Source: Lama guanicoe (Eukaryota). Taken from it: DNA of 64,000 nt. Shown in pieces: positions 26,083 to 38,145 of this stretch. Within the stretch, counting starts at the first letter, position 1; each line of letters opens with the position of its first letter. The position numbers and the translations under genes are program-made. Location: contig MU053881.1 of assembly GCA_013239625.1 (NCBI GenBank), positions 4,485,957 through 4,549,956 on the forward strand. Reading direction: 5' to 3'. Under the pieces are notes generated by a model. That model had not been told where the DNA came from, did not search any database, and saw only the letters and a program-made list of their open reading frames with translations.

Positions 26083-27566
26083 TTTCCTTGACTTTGGGGA
26101 GGAGTGCATTTGGGAAATACTGGAAGCCTCCTATTGCAAATTTGGATGAATAATAAGCCTCCTCTGGTCTTGATCACCCTCACTCCTCATGACCCTCGCC
26201 CCATCACATCCCATTTATATCAATTCCAGAGGCAAGGTCACAGGTATAGGGTGCAGCCTCTTTTCATATCTCAGAGTTCTAGCAACCAGGACACAAGGTT
26301 CCCATAAGATTACCAAAGAGTTAAACACCATTTGCTGCCAATTTCGGGGATCACTTACGCATTTGGTCATAATGGATTAATCCATCATCTCCTCCTGTCT
26401 CTTTCAAAAGTAGTGGCTACAAATGACACCCTCCCCTCACCCCCTCCACACACAGACACATTCTCTCTCTCTCTCTCTCTGATCTTATTCCATGACTATA
26501 GGAAACAGACAAACACAATCCACTTTGCACTAGGTATTGTGCTTTGGGTTGGGGACACAGTAATGGAGACAGCTGGGGACAGCAAGCTGTGGCCCCAGCT
26601 CTAAAGCTTAAACTGTAGCAGGGGAAACAGGTGGCCAATTAGGCTATAAATTATTCACTTTCAATTACAGTACCGCTACAAGAAAGAGGCTCTGAGAGTC
26701 TGTGTCAGTGAGACAAGGCCACTTTAGGTCAGAGGGTCAGAAAAGTCTTCCCTGAGGAAAGAGAGTATGGTCTGCTGTGCCAAAATGGAGAAGAGGCTGG
26801 TCAAAGTGATCAGGGAGCCAGGAGGAGAATGAATGGGGGGGGGCCCAGGCAGCCTGAACTGGACCTCTCGTGGGGCTAAAGGTGAGTGATAAGAGTGTGG
26901 CAAATTAGGAGGATAATCATTAAGTAATCTCCAGGATGGTTAAGTATTAAGAGAGAATGTTGGTTATTAACTTAAACTTCGAGGAAGATTGATCTTGAGT
27001 TAAAGGATGAGTATAAACTAACACCCGGATATTCATTTGGAGGGTTAAATTCTCTTGAACAGGAAAAGTGGAAATCATCCCAGATCTCTGTCTACTATGC
27101 CTCTTCCCAGCAGCAAAGGATATTGAAGAATTTATTATTTACATCCCCTCCACTGCTTATGTAAGGTGAGGAAATAACAATAGCAGAACTGCTGGGGTTG
27201 TGGGCAGGAGTTAAGTCAATTATGACCAAAACTCTGAAAGTAAGAGAGGACAGTGGTAGCAGTTCCAATGGTGAACTGTCACTACAAAAAAAAAAAAATC
27301 AGAAAAAATGGCTTACCTGGCGAAAGATGCCAGCTAGCTCTCAGGATGTAGCACACCTTAGATTAAACATCACCAAGATTTGGATTCAGGAAACCTGAAT
27401 TCAAATCCTCATCTTCTACCTCTAGCTACATGATCAGGTAGCAAACTCTCTGTATTTCCATTTCCGCCTCTGTAAAATAGCAATAATATCTGCTTTTTAG
27501 ATTGTGAGGTAGTGTGTGTGAAGTACTTAGCATCATGCCTGGAATATACCAATTATTCAGTATTAG

Positions 27567-27570
<4 letters not shown>

Positions 27571-27603
<33 letters not shown>
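27571..27603. repeat. (TTA)11 microsatellite
   Basis: Read directly; lies at the end of a MIR remnant (~27390-27560). Confidence 0.95.
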
Positions 27604-27605
<2 letters not shown>

Positions 27606-27976
27606 AATATTTAATATTTGGAAGGAAATACACAGAGAACCAGCACATTTTTCCATTATTTTTCAGTTTTCTAAAATAAGTATGCATTTCTATTAACATC
27701 AGAAAGGGGGGAAACTCCACATGTTTTTGAATAAAAGAAATTCGCCTAGTCCACTGCTTCCCACATTTCCCGTGGCATATTGTTTCAGAAGGGCACAGGA
27801 GTACATGTTAAAACCACAGCGTCCTAAGCTCCGACCCAGAATACTAACTGAGAATCTCTAAGTGACAAACCTGTTAATCTATCGATTCTTATTCGGGCAC
27901 TTCTGCGACGTGCTGCTTTGGAGCGAGGTGGCAGTAACGGGGCGAGGAACGCCAGCCCAGGCTGCCGCAATCATGA

Positions 27977-28633
<657 letters not shown>

Positions 28634-29944
28634 TGACCTCAGGGGGGCCGGGCCGGGCTGGGCGTGAGGCCGCCAGGCTTACACCTTCGCCTTTCCAAAG
28701 CAGAGAGAAAAACAAAAGGTACCTTAAAAATCTTGGCAGCTGGGAGACCGCTTGGGGCAGCACAGGAAGGTTTCTGAGGGACTCCCACGTGGGCTCGGCT
28801 CCTAGCCCCATCACTATAATGTGCGACTTAGCTTAGTCGCTTCTCTGAAGTTGGGGATCCAATACCAATTTTACAGCCTAGACCCCATCTTTCCCAAGAT
28901 GGGACTCCTTTAAGCCCTTCAGTAAGAAATCTCAATGTGTTAAGAACATTGGAGGAAGCCCGGTTAAGTAAGCCTTTGAATGAATGGTTTGAATGCACAA
29001 TTATCAGCCTGTAATAAGTTATTTGTTCTTCTTCTCTAGCTCAGTAATTTGCAGACTTGAGTATGTAGTTAATTAAGGTACATTGTTGTAGAACCAGCGC
29101 CCTTATTTTGTACTCCATCATTGATTAGAAGGGATTTGGTACCTATTTGAGATCCTAATGCAATAGATCAGCCTGTTAGTAAATGCCGTTTCGCTTTACG
29201 TACTTGACAAGGGTCATCCGTATTTAGTGAAAATATGTGTGTTAAGTGTCAGACATGCAGTAGTTGCTGGAATGTTCATTTACTCCCTTTTCAGAATCTT
29301 CTTTAGCGAGACTATGGTTGTAGATTTAGGCGGCTCTCTTACTGAACGGCATCTAGGGAGGTGATTTCTCCTCTCTGAGCCTGTCTTGGAAATCTTTTCC
29401 CTAGCTCACAGCAAGATTGTGAGCTTAAAGCTAGCCCTAAAGGAGGAAAAGACCTAGTCCGTGTACTCGTTTAACATTTACTAGCAGAGTTTGTGGCTAA
29501 GGAACAAGCAAGTCACTACCCAGCCCTTAAAGCCTGTATTCTAGGGTAGAAAACTGACATGTAAACCAGGTTACTGTATATAGTAAGTGATACTGTTATT
29601 CTCCAAGATTAAAAATTCAAGGAGAAGTGCTCTCCTTGAAATGAGGTGTTTAATTTTCCTTAGTTAAGGGTCCTAGGTACATGTTGACAGAGCTTTCATG
29701 TTTTCGGTAGTGGGTGTTCTCAACTTCTCTTCACAGGTTCTCCATTCATGTTTCTTACATCCCGTTAGGTTTTGTGTGGCTTAATCAATGTAGTATACGT
29801 TAAAATTGGTATTGAGAATCCATTAGGGGAAAGGCAATTGGAGCCTTCACCACTTAAAACCTCCTTAGATGTTCCTTCTGGTAGTTAGCACGTGGTTTTA
29901 ATTCTTGAAGGTACTTTGCTTTCAGGCGCATCTCATCAAGTCCT

Positions 29945-30030
29945 TTGTTCTCAAAGTGTGGTCCTTGGATCATCAGCATCACCTGAGAACTTGTTAGATA
30001 CGCATATTGTTAGGCTCCACTCCAGACTGC
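29945..30030. mobile_element. MER5A-type hAT MITE fragment
   Basis: GTTCTCAAAGTGTGGTCC...CAGCATCACCTGAGAACTTGTTAGA. Confidence 0.7.
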
Positions 30031-30894
30031 GTATGTGTTTACGGGAAGGTATACTGTTGATGTTTGTAATTTGCTTTGCAGTGCATGCAAGATAGAAGTA
30101 ATTAGAACAAACTGATACATGAAGAGAGGGAAAGAGAGTGACAGTAAGTGTAGTAAAACATTAGTGGCAGGCACACTGGGTCCTCTCACTTCATGAACTG
30201 AAGGGATTACTCTGTATTGTTAGAGTCTGTTAAGGATTGGTGGTGACATTAGTTGTCCTTTGTCCTTTTTCAGTGAACCGTTCCTATGAAAAACTAGGTG
30301 AGATTTTGAATAGTAAAAGGTGTATCAGGACTGATGGTTACAAGTGACAAATCTAACTCCTGTTAAGCAAAGGGGAGAATGTTGACTCATGGGATGTAAG
30401 AAAGGATAGAATGAACAAACCGCCAGAGGGGTAGGGATGCATTTGGAACCAGGGGTGCTCCGCGAGGGCTGTCTTTCACGTCTGTCCTGTATAACTCTTA
30501 CTGTCACTGCAGAGCAGAGTCATCCATTTGGTTGCTAGTATCTCTCGACTGCATCTTCAGCTTCTTCCTCTAGAAAGGGACTCTCAGCTCCAGTTTAAAA
30601 AACCTCAGGGAATGTCTGCATTGTCTAGACATGGGTCAGGCACCCACCCCTGTGGCCAGGAGAACATGGCACCCACTGCCCTGTCCTTGTGAAGAGGGGA
30701 AGATGGCGTCCAGAAAAAAGGAGTTGCTAGGCTGATAGTACACGGGTATCTGTGGACTTTGTTCCTCGCCTATCTCCCTGCCTCCTCTCTCCAGGTTTAG
30801 CGGAGAGTCTTTATGTTTCTGAGTCATGGCCTTTTGAAAGTCCACTGATAGAGTGGAGGTCTACTGATTCCTTTGTCAATTTTGTTTACCTGCC

Positions 30895-31320
30895 TGTTAG
30901 CAAACTTTTGCCACAATAACACTGTGTAATAAACCACATCTCAGTGGCTTATAACAAGCATTTGTCCTCATGCTGATGGGACTGCAAGGCAGCTGAAGTT
31001 CAGCTGGGTGGCTCAGCTGTAGGTGGCCTGGGCTTGGGTCCAGGCTGCGGGTTGGGGTGGGTCTGCTGCACGTGTACTCATCCTAGGTCCCAGGCCAAAG
31101 GGACAGGGGCTGCCAAGGACATACCCTCATAGAAGGTCACCAGAATGCAAGAGCCAAGCCAGACGGCACAACCATATTTAAGACGTTTTGTCACTAACAG
31201 TGCACTGGCCAGAGCAGATCACACTGCTAAACACAGCATCGCTGGGGTGGGGAAGTATTCTGTGCCCACAGTGGGAAGAGGGAGGAGTGAAGTGTGAAAC
31301 AGCAGTGCACACTGTTACAC
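30895..31320 (-). mobile_element. MLT1-type LTR in BOD1 intron 1
   Basis: ATCTCAGTGGCTTATAACAAGCATTT...CAGCTGGGTGGCTC...CACTGGCCAGAGCAGATCACA. Confidence 0.6.
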
Positions 31321-32120
31321 CTGGTTTGGGAAAGAGCTCGTAGTGCCAGAAGGTCTTGGAGGCTCAGAACATGCATTCTTTGTGCTCATCAGGTCCCCTT
31401 CTGATCTGTTCTCCTTGTCCTACGTGGGTCTAGGACATCTGAGATCAGTAAATGCCACTTGGGCTTCTTTTTGGACTTAACTTTTGTGTCCCTTCAGCCT
31501 CTTCTAGTGTTCCACAGGCTCTGACTTCAGTTCGCATTTGTGAGTCATGCTGAGCTTTGGGTGGCCCTTAATTTTGTGCAGAGGGCCTTCCTGAGCCCTT
31601 GTTTGTTGCTGAGGGCACCCTGTGAGGTAAGCGGGCAGTAATATTTATTTTACAGATAGAAATAACTGAGACTCAGAGGTTGGCTGACTTGTTGAAAGTC
31701 AGAGAGCTAGTAAGCAATGGAGCTAGAACCCATTTCCTTAGATCTGAAAAGAGCCTGTGTCTAACCTTGGCTTTGCCACATTTTACCCACGTGGGCAGGT
31801 GTTTTACTCTTTCTAAGTCTAAATGTCTAATCTCTTAAATGAGAATAGGAGAGAGCTAACAGGACCTCGATCCTATTTATTTGAAAAGTAAACGGGCTAA
31901 TAAAGCATCTGGCATCGTGCCCACCCACCATAAAGTAGGCACACATACTGGCCATTAATCCCTGCCCTGCGTGCTGTATGGTGATCTTCATGGATGTGAT
32001 GAAAGTGTATTTAAGGACTTGAAAGTCTGCATTTCTATGAAGAGCAGTGTTCTGAATGACTGATTTCAAAAGTTTGGTGCATGTAACTTCTGACCTTGCC
32101 CCTTCTTTTTAATATTTTAG

Positions 32121-32245
32121 CCAGCTTACCAAAACCTGAGGCAGAAAGTGGATAATTTTGTGTCAACCCATCTGGACAAGCAGGAATGGAATCCTACGAT
32201 GAACAAAAACCAATTGCGAAATGGTCTGAGGCAGAGTGTGGTTCA
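32121..32245 (+). CDS. BOD1: BOD1 coding exon 2, aa 80-121 (Shg1/BOD1 domain)
   Basis: Acceptor TTTTAG|CCA. Translation PAYQNLRQKVDNFVSTHLDKQEWNPTMNKNQLRNGLRQSVVQ, including T95 (32166-32168) and D98 (32175-32177). Donor CA|GTAAGT; 125 nt. Confidence 0.97.
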
Positions 32246-32949
32246 GTAAGTAAGCAGAATTGAGAGTGAAAAGGCAGCAATCCCAAGTATGACGCGCAGG
32301 AAGGCCGATGCGAGTCACTGGTTAAGGTGGATGGTACTTTGTAGCAAATGTGACAGACAAGCTGCAGCAGACCCCTCCTTTATTAAAATTAAGGTTCAAG
32401 TAAGCAAAGAACTCATTAGAAATTCTTGCTACCTACATAGGCCTCCTGTGCACATCTCTACCAGGAAAAGATATTCCAAATTATAAAGATATACACCACG
32501 CTCTTTGGAGTTTTTCAGGGTAGTCTGAATGGACGCTGGAGTTTATACCAACATATCAATGTTTGGGTCTTGGGCAAAAGCAGCTGAACCTTTATTCTCA
32601 CAAGGCTGTGTAAGTTATACGAATTCTCTGAACCCACATGGGCCCTCGAAGGTGTCAGGGCAGCTTTCAGGAAGGCATAAAGCCTTAGTAAAGTACGTCC
32701 TCCACGGTAGCAAACTGAACCTTGGCTAATGAGGTGCTGTTCACTGCTCATCCAAGTGACTTCTTAGTGTCACTGGGCACAAAAATGAAAGTGGCTCATG
32801 GAATCCGGTGTCCTAAGATAAGCTTTTTCTAATCTAGTCAGAATCATTTTTTGCTCTTAATGCCAGTGCTTATGTTCAGGCTTTCTTGATCCACTAACTC
32901 TCTGGAATATCTAAAAGCTTGTGAAGACTTCCTCTTTAAAAACAGAAAC

Positions 32950-33610
32950 ATCAGGGAATTATGCTGAGTGAAGAAAAGCCAATATCAAGAAGATAGATGG
33001 GTGCACGATTCCATTTATATAACATTCGTGAACTAACATAGAGACGGAGATTAGATTCGTGATTGCCGGGGCTTAGGGATGGAGGGGCAGTGAGTGTGGC
33101 TAGAAAGAGGTAGTTTGAAGAGGGTGTGGTACAGGTGAGTATCTTAACTGTGGTGCTGGTTATAGAAGCTGCTTGTGATAACACTGGACAGAGCTACCCG
33201 CGCAGACGCACATGAGGCAGCTGTGACTGAAATGCAAATGAGGTCAGCATTGTACCCGTGCTGTTTTCCTGGTTTTCTGGTTTTTTGCCCCACCCCTCCT
33301 TTTTTGGAGGTATAATTGACATACAGAATATTGGTTTCAGGCATAATTAGTTACTTAGCTTCAAACATAATGAGTCAATATTTGTATATATTTTGAAATG
33401 ATCACCACAGTGAGACCAGTTAACATCCATTGCCACCCATTGTTACAGAATTTTCCCTCTTGTGTCCCTGGCTTTGATACTGTACTGCAGCTGTGCGCAG
33501 TGCTGACGTGAGAGGTGGCTGGGTAAAGAGTGTGTGGACCTCCCTGTGTATTTCCCCGCAACTTTCTATGAATACGTAATTTCAAAATAAAAAGTTTTTA
33601 AAAATAGAAA
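32950..33610 (+). mobile_element. Old L1M (L1MC/MD-like) 3' end with an antisense L1 3' fragment (~33300-33462) nested inside
   Basis: Host motifs ATGCTGAGTGAAGAAAAGCCAAT...GATTCCATTTATATAACATTC and terminal TTCAAAATAAAAAG. Insert TTTTTGGAGGTATAATTGACATAC...ATGATCACCACAG. Confidence 0.65.
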
Positions 33611-33817
33611 AGGATGTTTATTAACAAGCTGGTGCTTTCAGTATGGCTGATGAAATCTGAATCTTTTAAAAGGAAACTAAAATTTGTGAAAGCTCTTAGT
33701 GTTAGGAAAGATGCATGACACCAAAAGTGCCTTGTCATTCTGGATTCATTACCTGTTGCCTTTCTGTTTCTCTAGGGAGCAGACTGGTGGCACAGGGATC
33801 CTTCAGAAAGATGGGAC

Positions 33818-34000
33818 AAGATAAACAAGTTTCTATTGTACAGCACAGGGAACTATATTCAGTATCTGGTAGTAACCTATAATGAAAAAGAATATGAAAA
33901 CGAATATATGTACGTATACGTATGACTGAATCACTGTGCTGTACACCAGAAATTGACACAACATTGTAAACTGACTATACTTCAATTAACAAATGAAAAA
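33818..34000 (+). mobile_element. Short L1 3' UTR insertion in BOD1 intron 2
   Basis: ACAGCACAGGGAACTATATTCAGTATC...TGTACACCAGAAATTGACACAACATTGTAAACTGACTATACTTCAAT plus an A-rich tail. Confidence 0.85.
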
Positions 34001-36207
34001 GGGACAGTGGCTGCCACTTACTGAGCAATTATTTCATGTCTGGCACTGGTCCTTAGGTGTGTAACTGCTAATTCTTACAAAAAACCTGTTTGACAGCTTA
34101 AGTAACAGATTAGATGAAAGTTTTTTTTTAACCCTACCTTCTAAAAAGATTATTAAGCATATTAAGAAAATAAATTAAAAATGCAAGCTATTTTAAATAT
34201 TTGCAAAGATGCCATTAACAGTATGAAGATTGTCAGTATTACTGTTAATTTCTCACGGGCATCAATGTCATTCTTGAAGTGTGCGTGTGGCACTCCTCTT
34301 TATATGCCTTTAATAGAAAATCAGACACAGAAAAGTGCATAAAACAGAAGCAAGCATCACGGGTTAGCAGAGCATCACGTAGTCACTGCCCAGGTTTAGA
34401 AACAGAGCATTACCAGCACCCTCCAAAACACTCGGCCCTGCCTCCCTCCTTTTTGGGGACATCTTCCTCCTCTCAGAAGTTTCCCATACTCCTGACTTGG
34501 ATGGTCATCCTTTTTTCTTCCCATAGTTTTACCACCTAAGTAAACATCTCCCGCTCTTTGATTTGATCTGGAATGTATTTAATCTGAAAACATGACTTTG
34601 GGTGTAATACTGGGACGTTTCTCTGTGATTCTTGCTCACATTTTGAATTTGAGGCAAATTGTAATGAAGTTTTAAAATGAAGATTTGCTCCTTACCCTGC
34701 GATGAAGCACCGCCGCCCTCAGCACTGGCTGGCCAGCCTGGCCGCTCAGGCCCAGAGCCGTGTCCCAGGCCTGCGGCGTGGAGGACCCCGCGGGGAACCC
34801 GGCTCTACTGCTAGACCTAATTTTGACCAACAAGTCTTTTAACTACATGCTATGTTTTCATTTCATCTTTTGTTTTAGACTCCTGACAAGATTTCTTGTT
34901 TCCTCCAAACACTTTTAAAATCTCCAGGAAAGGGAGCCCCACCCTTGGTACTTCATTGTCCCTGACCAGGCTCTCACCTCCAGTACAGACCTGTGAACCT
35001 GACTCGGAAGTGGGGGCTGTAGGTGGAAAGCCACTGGCTTGTGACTGAGGAGGGGCGGCTTTGCTTTCCTACTGACCCAGCGCCTGCTCCCGACCTCTGG
35101 GTTCCACGGCTCTCACCTCTAAGGGCGCAGACTGTCTGTTGGGGTCTGCCTTAAAGCGCCCCTGCACTCCGATGGCGGATTGTTTTTATCTAGGCCAGGT
35201 GAAGGGAATACTTAATTCATGACTCAGCCTAACCCGTTCAGGGCCTGTTTCTCATCTCACTCGTGACTGTGTGTGTTCACACAGTTGTCTCCTTGGCTCT
35301 ACCCTGACACAGCACTTGCCCCATTACTACAGGACCTATTTTCACCCAAGCAAAACTTGCCTGGCCTGAGAACGCAGGTCTAAAGGAAAGTAAGTAAAAC
35401 CTGTCCACCCTGCTTGTGATGTCTCTGAATATGTTAGTCCTTTGAGAAGAAAAACTCAGTCTGACCCTGCGTGGACTGTTTTCCAAACTCTTCAAATGTG
35501 AGTTGTTTCCCGTGACCATCACCTTCCTCACTACCCGCCCCCGGTGTTTGAATATAGACATTTGACTCACTTCTGCTCTACTACAAAAAGGACTGGGGGT
35601 GTATCTTAGCCCCTTAGGAACTCAGAGCCAGTCTGTTTCATGTCTGTTTACTTGTTTGCTTCCAAGTTACCTTGTATGTGTCACGAGTAAGGACCACAGC
35701 AGAAGGCCTTGTTGAATTGCTGGTGATGCCGCAAACATTCCCAGCTCTGACAGATCTGTGTTGTGCAAGATTTAGGGGTAGAAGCCAGGCTGCTGCTGGA
35801 GGCTGCCTCCCCTGCTTTGACTCATGAGAAAATAGACCTTGAAGGGAATGGAGACAAGCAGGAGGCTTGCTGGCTTTGACAGTGTGATCGAGGTGTTCAG
35901 CTCCACGCAAGCGGTTGGTTCTTTCCTGCCACATCATTACTTATTCTTTGTCTTTGGGACAATTTTGTTTGGTTCTTTTGTACAAGGTTGAGGTGGGAGT
36001 GGATGAGACCATGAATTAGGAATACTGATAGCTGCTGGTCGTGACTTACCCTCTAAAGATACAATGGCTTGAACTCTGTGCGGTATGTGGATGCCACTTT
36101 GAAAGAACTCCCTCAAGGGGCTGTACCTTTGACCAGGTGGATATTTACTGGGCTCTCACATGACACTTGGAGGCTGAATAATGGAGTGATCTGTTTGTCT
36201 CCTCAAG

Positions 36208-36403
36208 GTCAGGGATGCTGGAAGCTGGAGTGGACAGAATTATTTGTCAGGTGGTGGATCCCAAACTAAACCACATCTTCAGGCCGCAAATAGAACGAGC
36301 AATTCATGAGTTCCTGGCGGCCAAGAAAAAAGAAGCCGTGCCAGCTCCCCCACCGGAGCCCGAGAGCCAGGACCCCGCAGCTCCAGCCCAGGATGCCTCC
36401 TAA
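36208..36403 (+). CDS. BOD1: BOD1 coding exon 3, aa 121-185 + stop
   Basis: Acceptor CCTCAAG|GTCAGGGATG, phase matching exon 2 (CA|G = Gln). Translation SGMLEAGVDRIICQVVDPKLNHIFRPQIERAIHEFLAAKKKEAVPAPPPEPESQDPAAPAQDAS*. Total CDS 558 nt = 185 aa. Putative donor TAAG|GTCCGG at 36405. Confidence 0.95.
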
Positions 36404-37366
36404 GGTCCGGTATCCCGTCTGCCATCCGGGAGCCTTGCTCTCTGGCTTATAGATGAAGAAAATGGGTAGAAGAGGGGTAAGCCGCTACTGAGGATCATGG
36501 GTCTTACTTATTCAGAAAAGTATTTACTGCAAATGGGCTGCATTTTGTTATGAGTCGTTTTTTACCGAGAACCAATTAGTAGCATTTTCCTGTGTCGGTA
36601 TGACTTTCTGTGCCAGAAGAGCTAACCATTTAAGCTATGAAGAGATGCTTCATTAGAAACCAGCTGGGGTGGTGGTTGTGTACAAGGCAAATTCTTGTTT
36701 TTCTGAAATTGCTTAAATGAGTCTCTCCCCTGGACGTGAGTTAACTCAGGTCTACAGTTTGAATATAAAATCAAGCGATGCATTTCTACAGCAGCATCCT
36801 AAATGGGGCTCGGCGTCTGCTGTGGTCCCGCTGGATTTCCTTGTATTTAGGAAGGATTTCAATTTACCACTCTCAGTTTCCATGGGATCCTTCTGTTGTG
36901 AGCACTCCCTTTTTTTAATTACATTTGAAATTTAGTTCTAAAAGTCAGCAGTAGATGCACAAAACAATGCGTTTGCAGGGGCTGGGAGACATAAGTAACG
37001 TAAGCAGTGATCACCAGGTAAGCAGTGGTGGGCTCTGCACTTAGCCATCGTTAGTGACCATTAGGGTGTGCCTCATCCCCTCGTTCTGCTTTGGTGTTCT
37101 CTTTGTGAGATTCTTTAAGACATCTGTTATTTTGATAGTAGATAAGCATCAGTGAGTGAACAGAGTAAGAGCCTCCGGCCCAGGTAGGGGCGTTCAGGAG
37201 AGAAACTTGCTTCTTGTGCCTGTATTGGGGAAAGACCTCAATTCCGTCATGGAGTGTGAAACATTCATTTCAAGTCTTTCTCTGTAGAGTAATTGTAACT
37301 CCTTTAGGAACATAAAATGAAACAACACAAAACTAACATTTTGATATGATTATCTTTTCTTTTTAG

Positions 37367-38145
37367 AATATGCCTCAGCTCCATTGAATTAATGGTGAAG
37401 AACTGGATTTGGTTACGTAAGAGTACAGCTTCAAAATGCAGACAGGCCAAGGTCATCGCTGACTTCCAGATTCAACTTTGACTGTGTGGCGGTTTCCAGG
37501 GAGAACGGGGAGCAGGTGTGGCAGTAGGAAAGTTGACCGTGCCTGCCCCCACGTCGTGCTGCCGTGTGGACAGCCTGTCCGAGGAGATGACAGCCAGCAG
37601 ACACTACAGATAAACTGAGAAACACTACCGCAACCTGGGGTTGTCCTGAAACAAACCTTTATACTTGAACTTGGAGGTTGTGTGGACTTTACGGTTTGTG
37701 CTTGGGGAAAAGCAAAAGCTGCAGTGTGGGAGCATGACCAGCCCCGAAGGTGCAGCCTCACAGTGACGGTCAGGGTTCCCGGGGACAGGTATTCGGTGAC
37801 GCTTGTTTGATTGGTATTGTTTCCCAGAGCTGCAGACTTAGTTGACAGGCATTAGCATCAGACGGCTTTAAGATCGTTGTGACCCTCTCATACGTGACTC
37901 TTGTAACCTCAGTTTCCTTTCCCCTGTAAGTGGTGTCAAAACATGGGACCCCAGAATGCGTGAGGAAATGCAGACTTAGGCATAAAGGAAAAACATTTGC
38001 AGGCTCTCTGTCCAGGGCTGCTGCTTATCCTGCAGGGGCTAGTGAGCCTTGGACGTGTTTGCTGTCTTCATGTTTGTGGTTTTTAGAAGGTGAATAGTCA
38101 GTAAGTGGCTTGAGTTTTGTAATAAAATCATTTGATACTCTTACT
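37367..38145 (+). other. BOD1: BOD1 terminal exon 4 (3' UTR)
   Basis: Branch point CTAAC (37333-37337), polypyrimidine tract and TTTTAG|AATATGCC acceptor. 3' end inferred from AATAAA at 38121. Confidence 0.75.
38121..38126 (+). terminator. BOD1: Polyadenylation signal for BOD1
   Basis: Canonical AATAAA preceded by TGTA, about 750 nt into exon 4. Confidence 0.7.
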
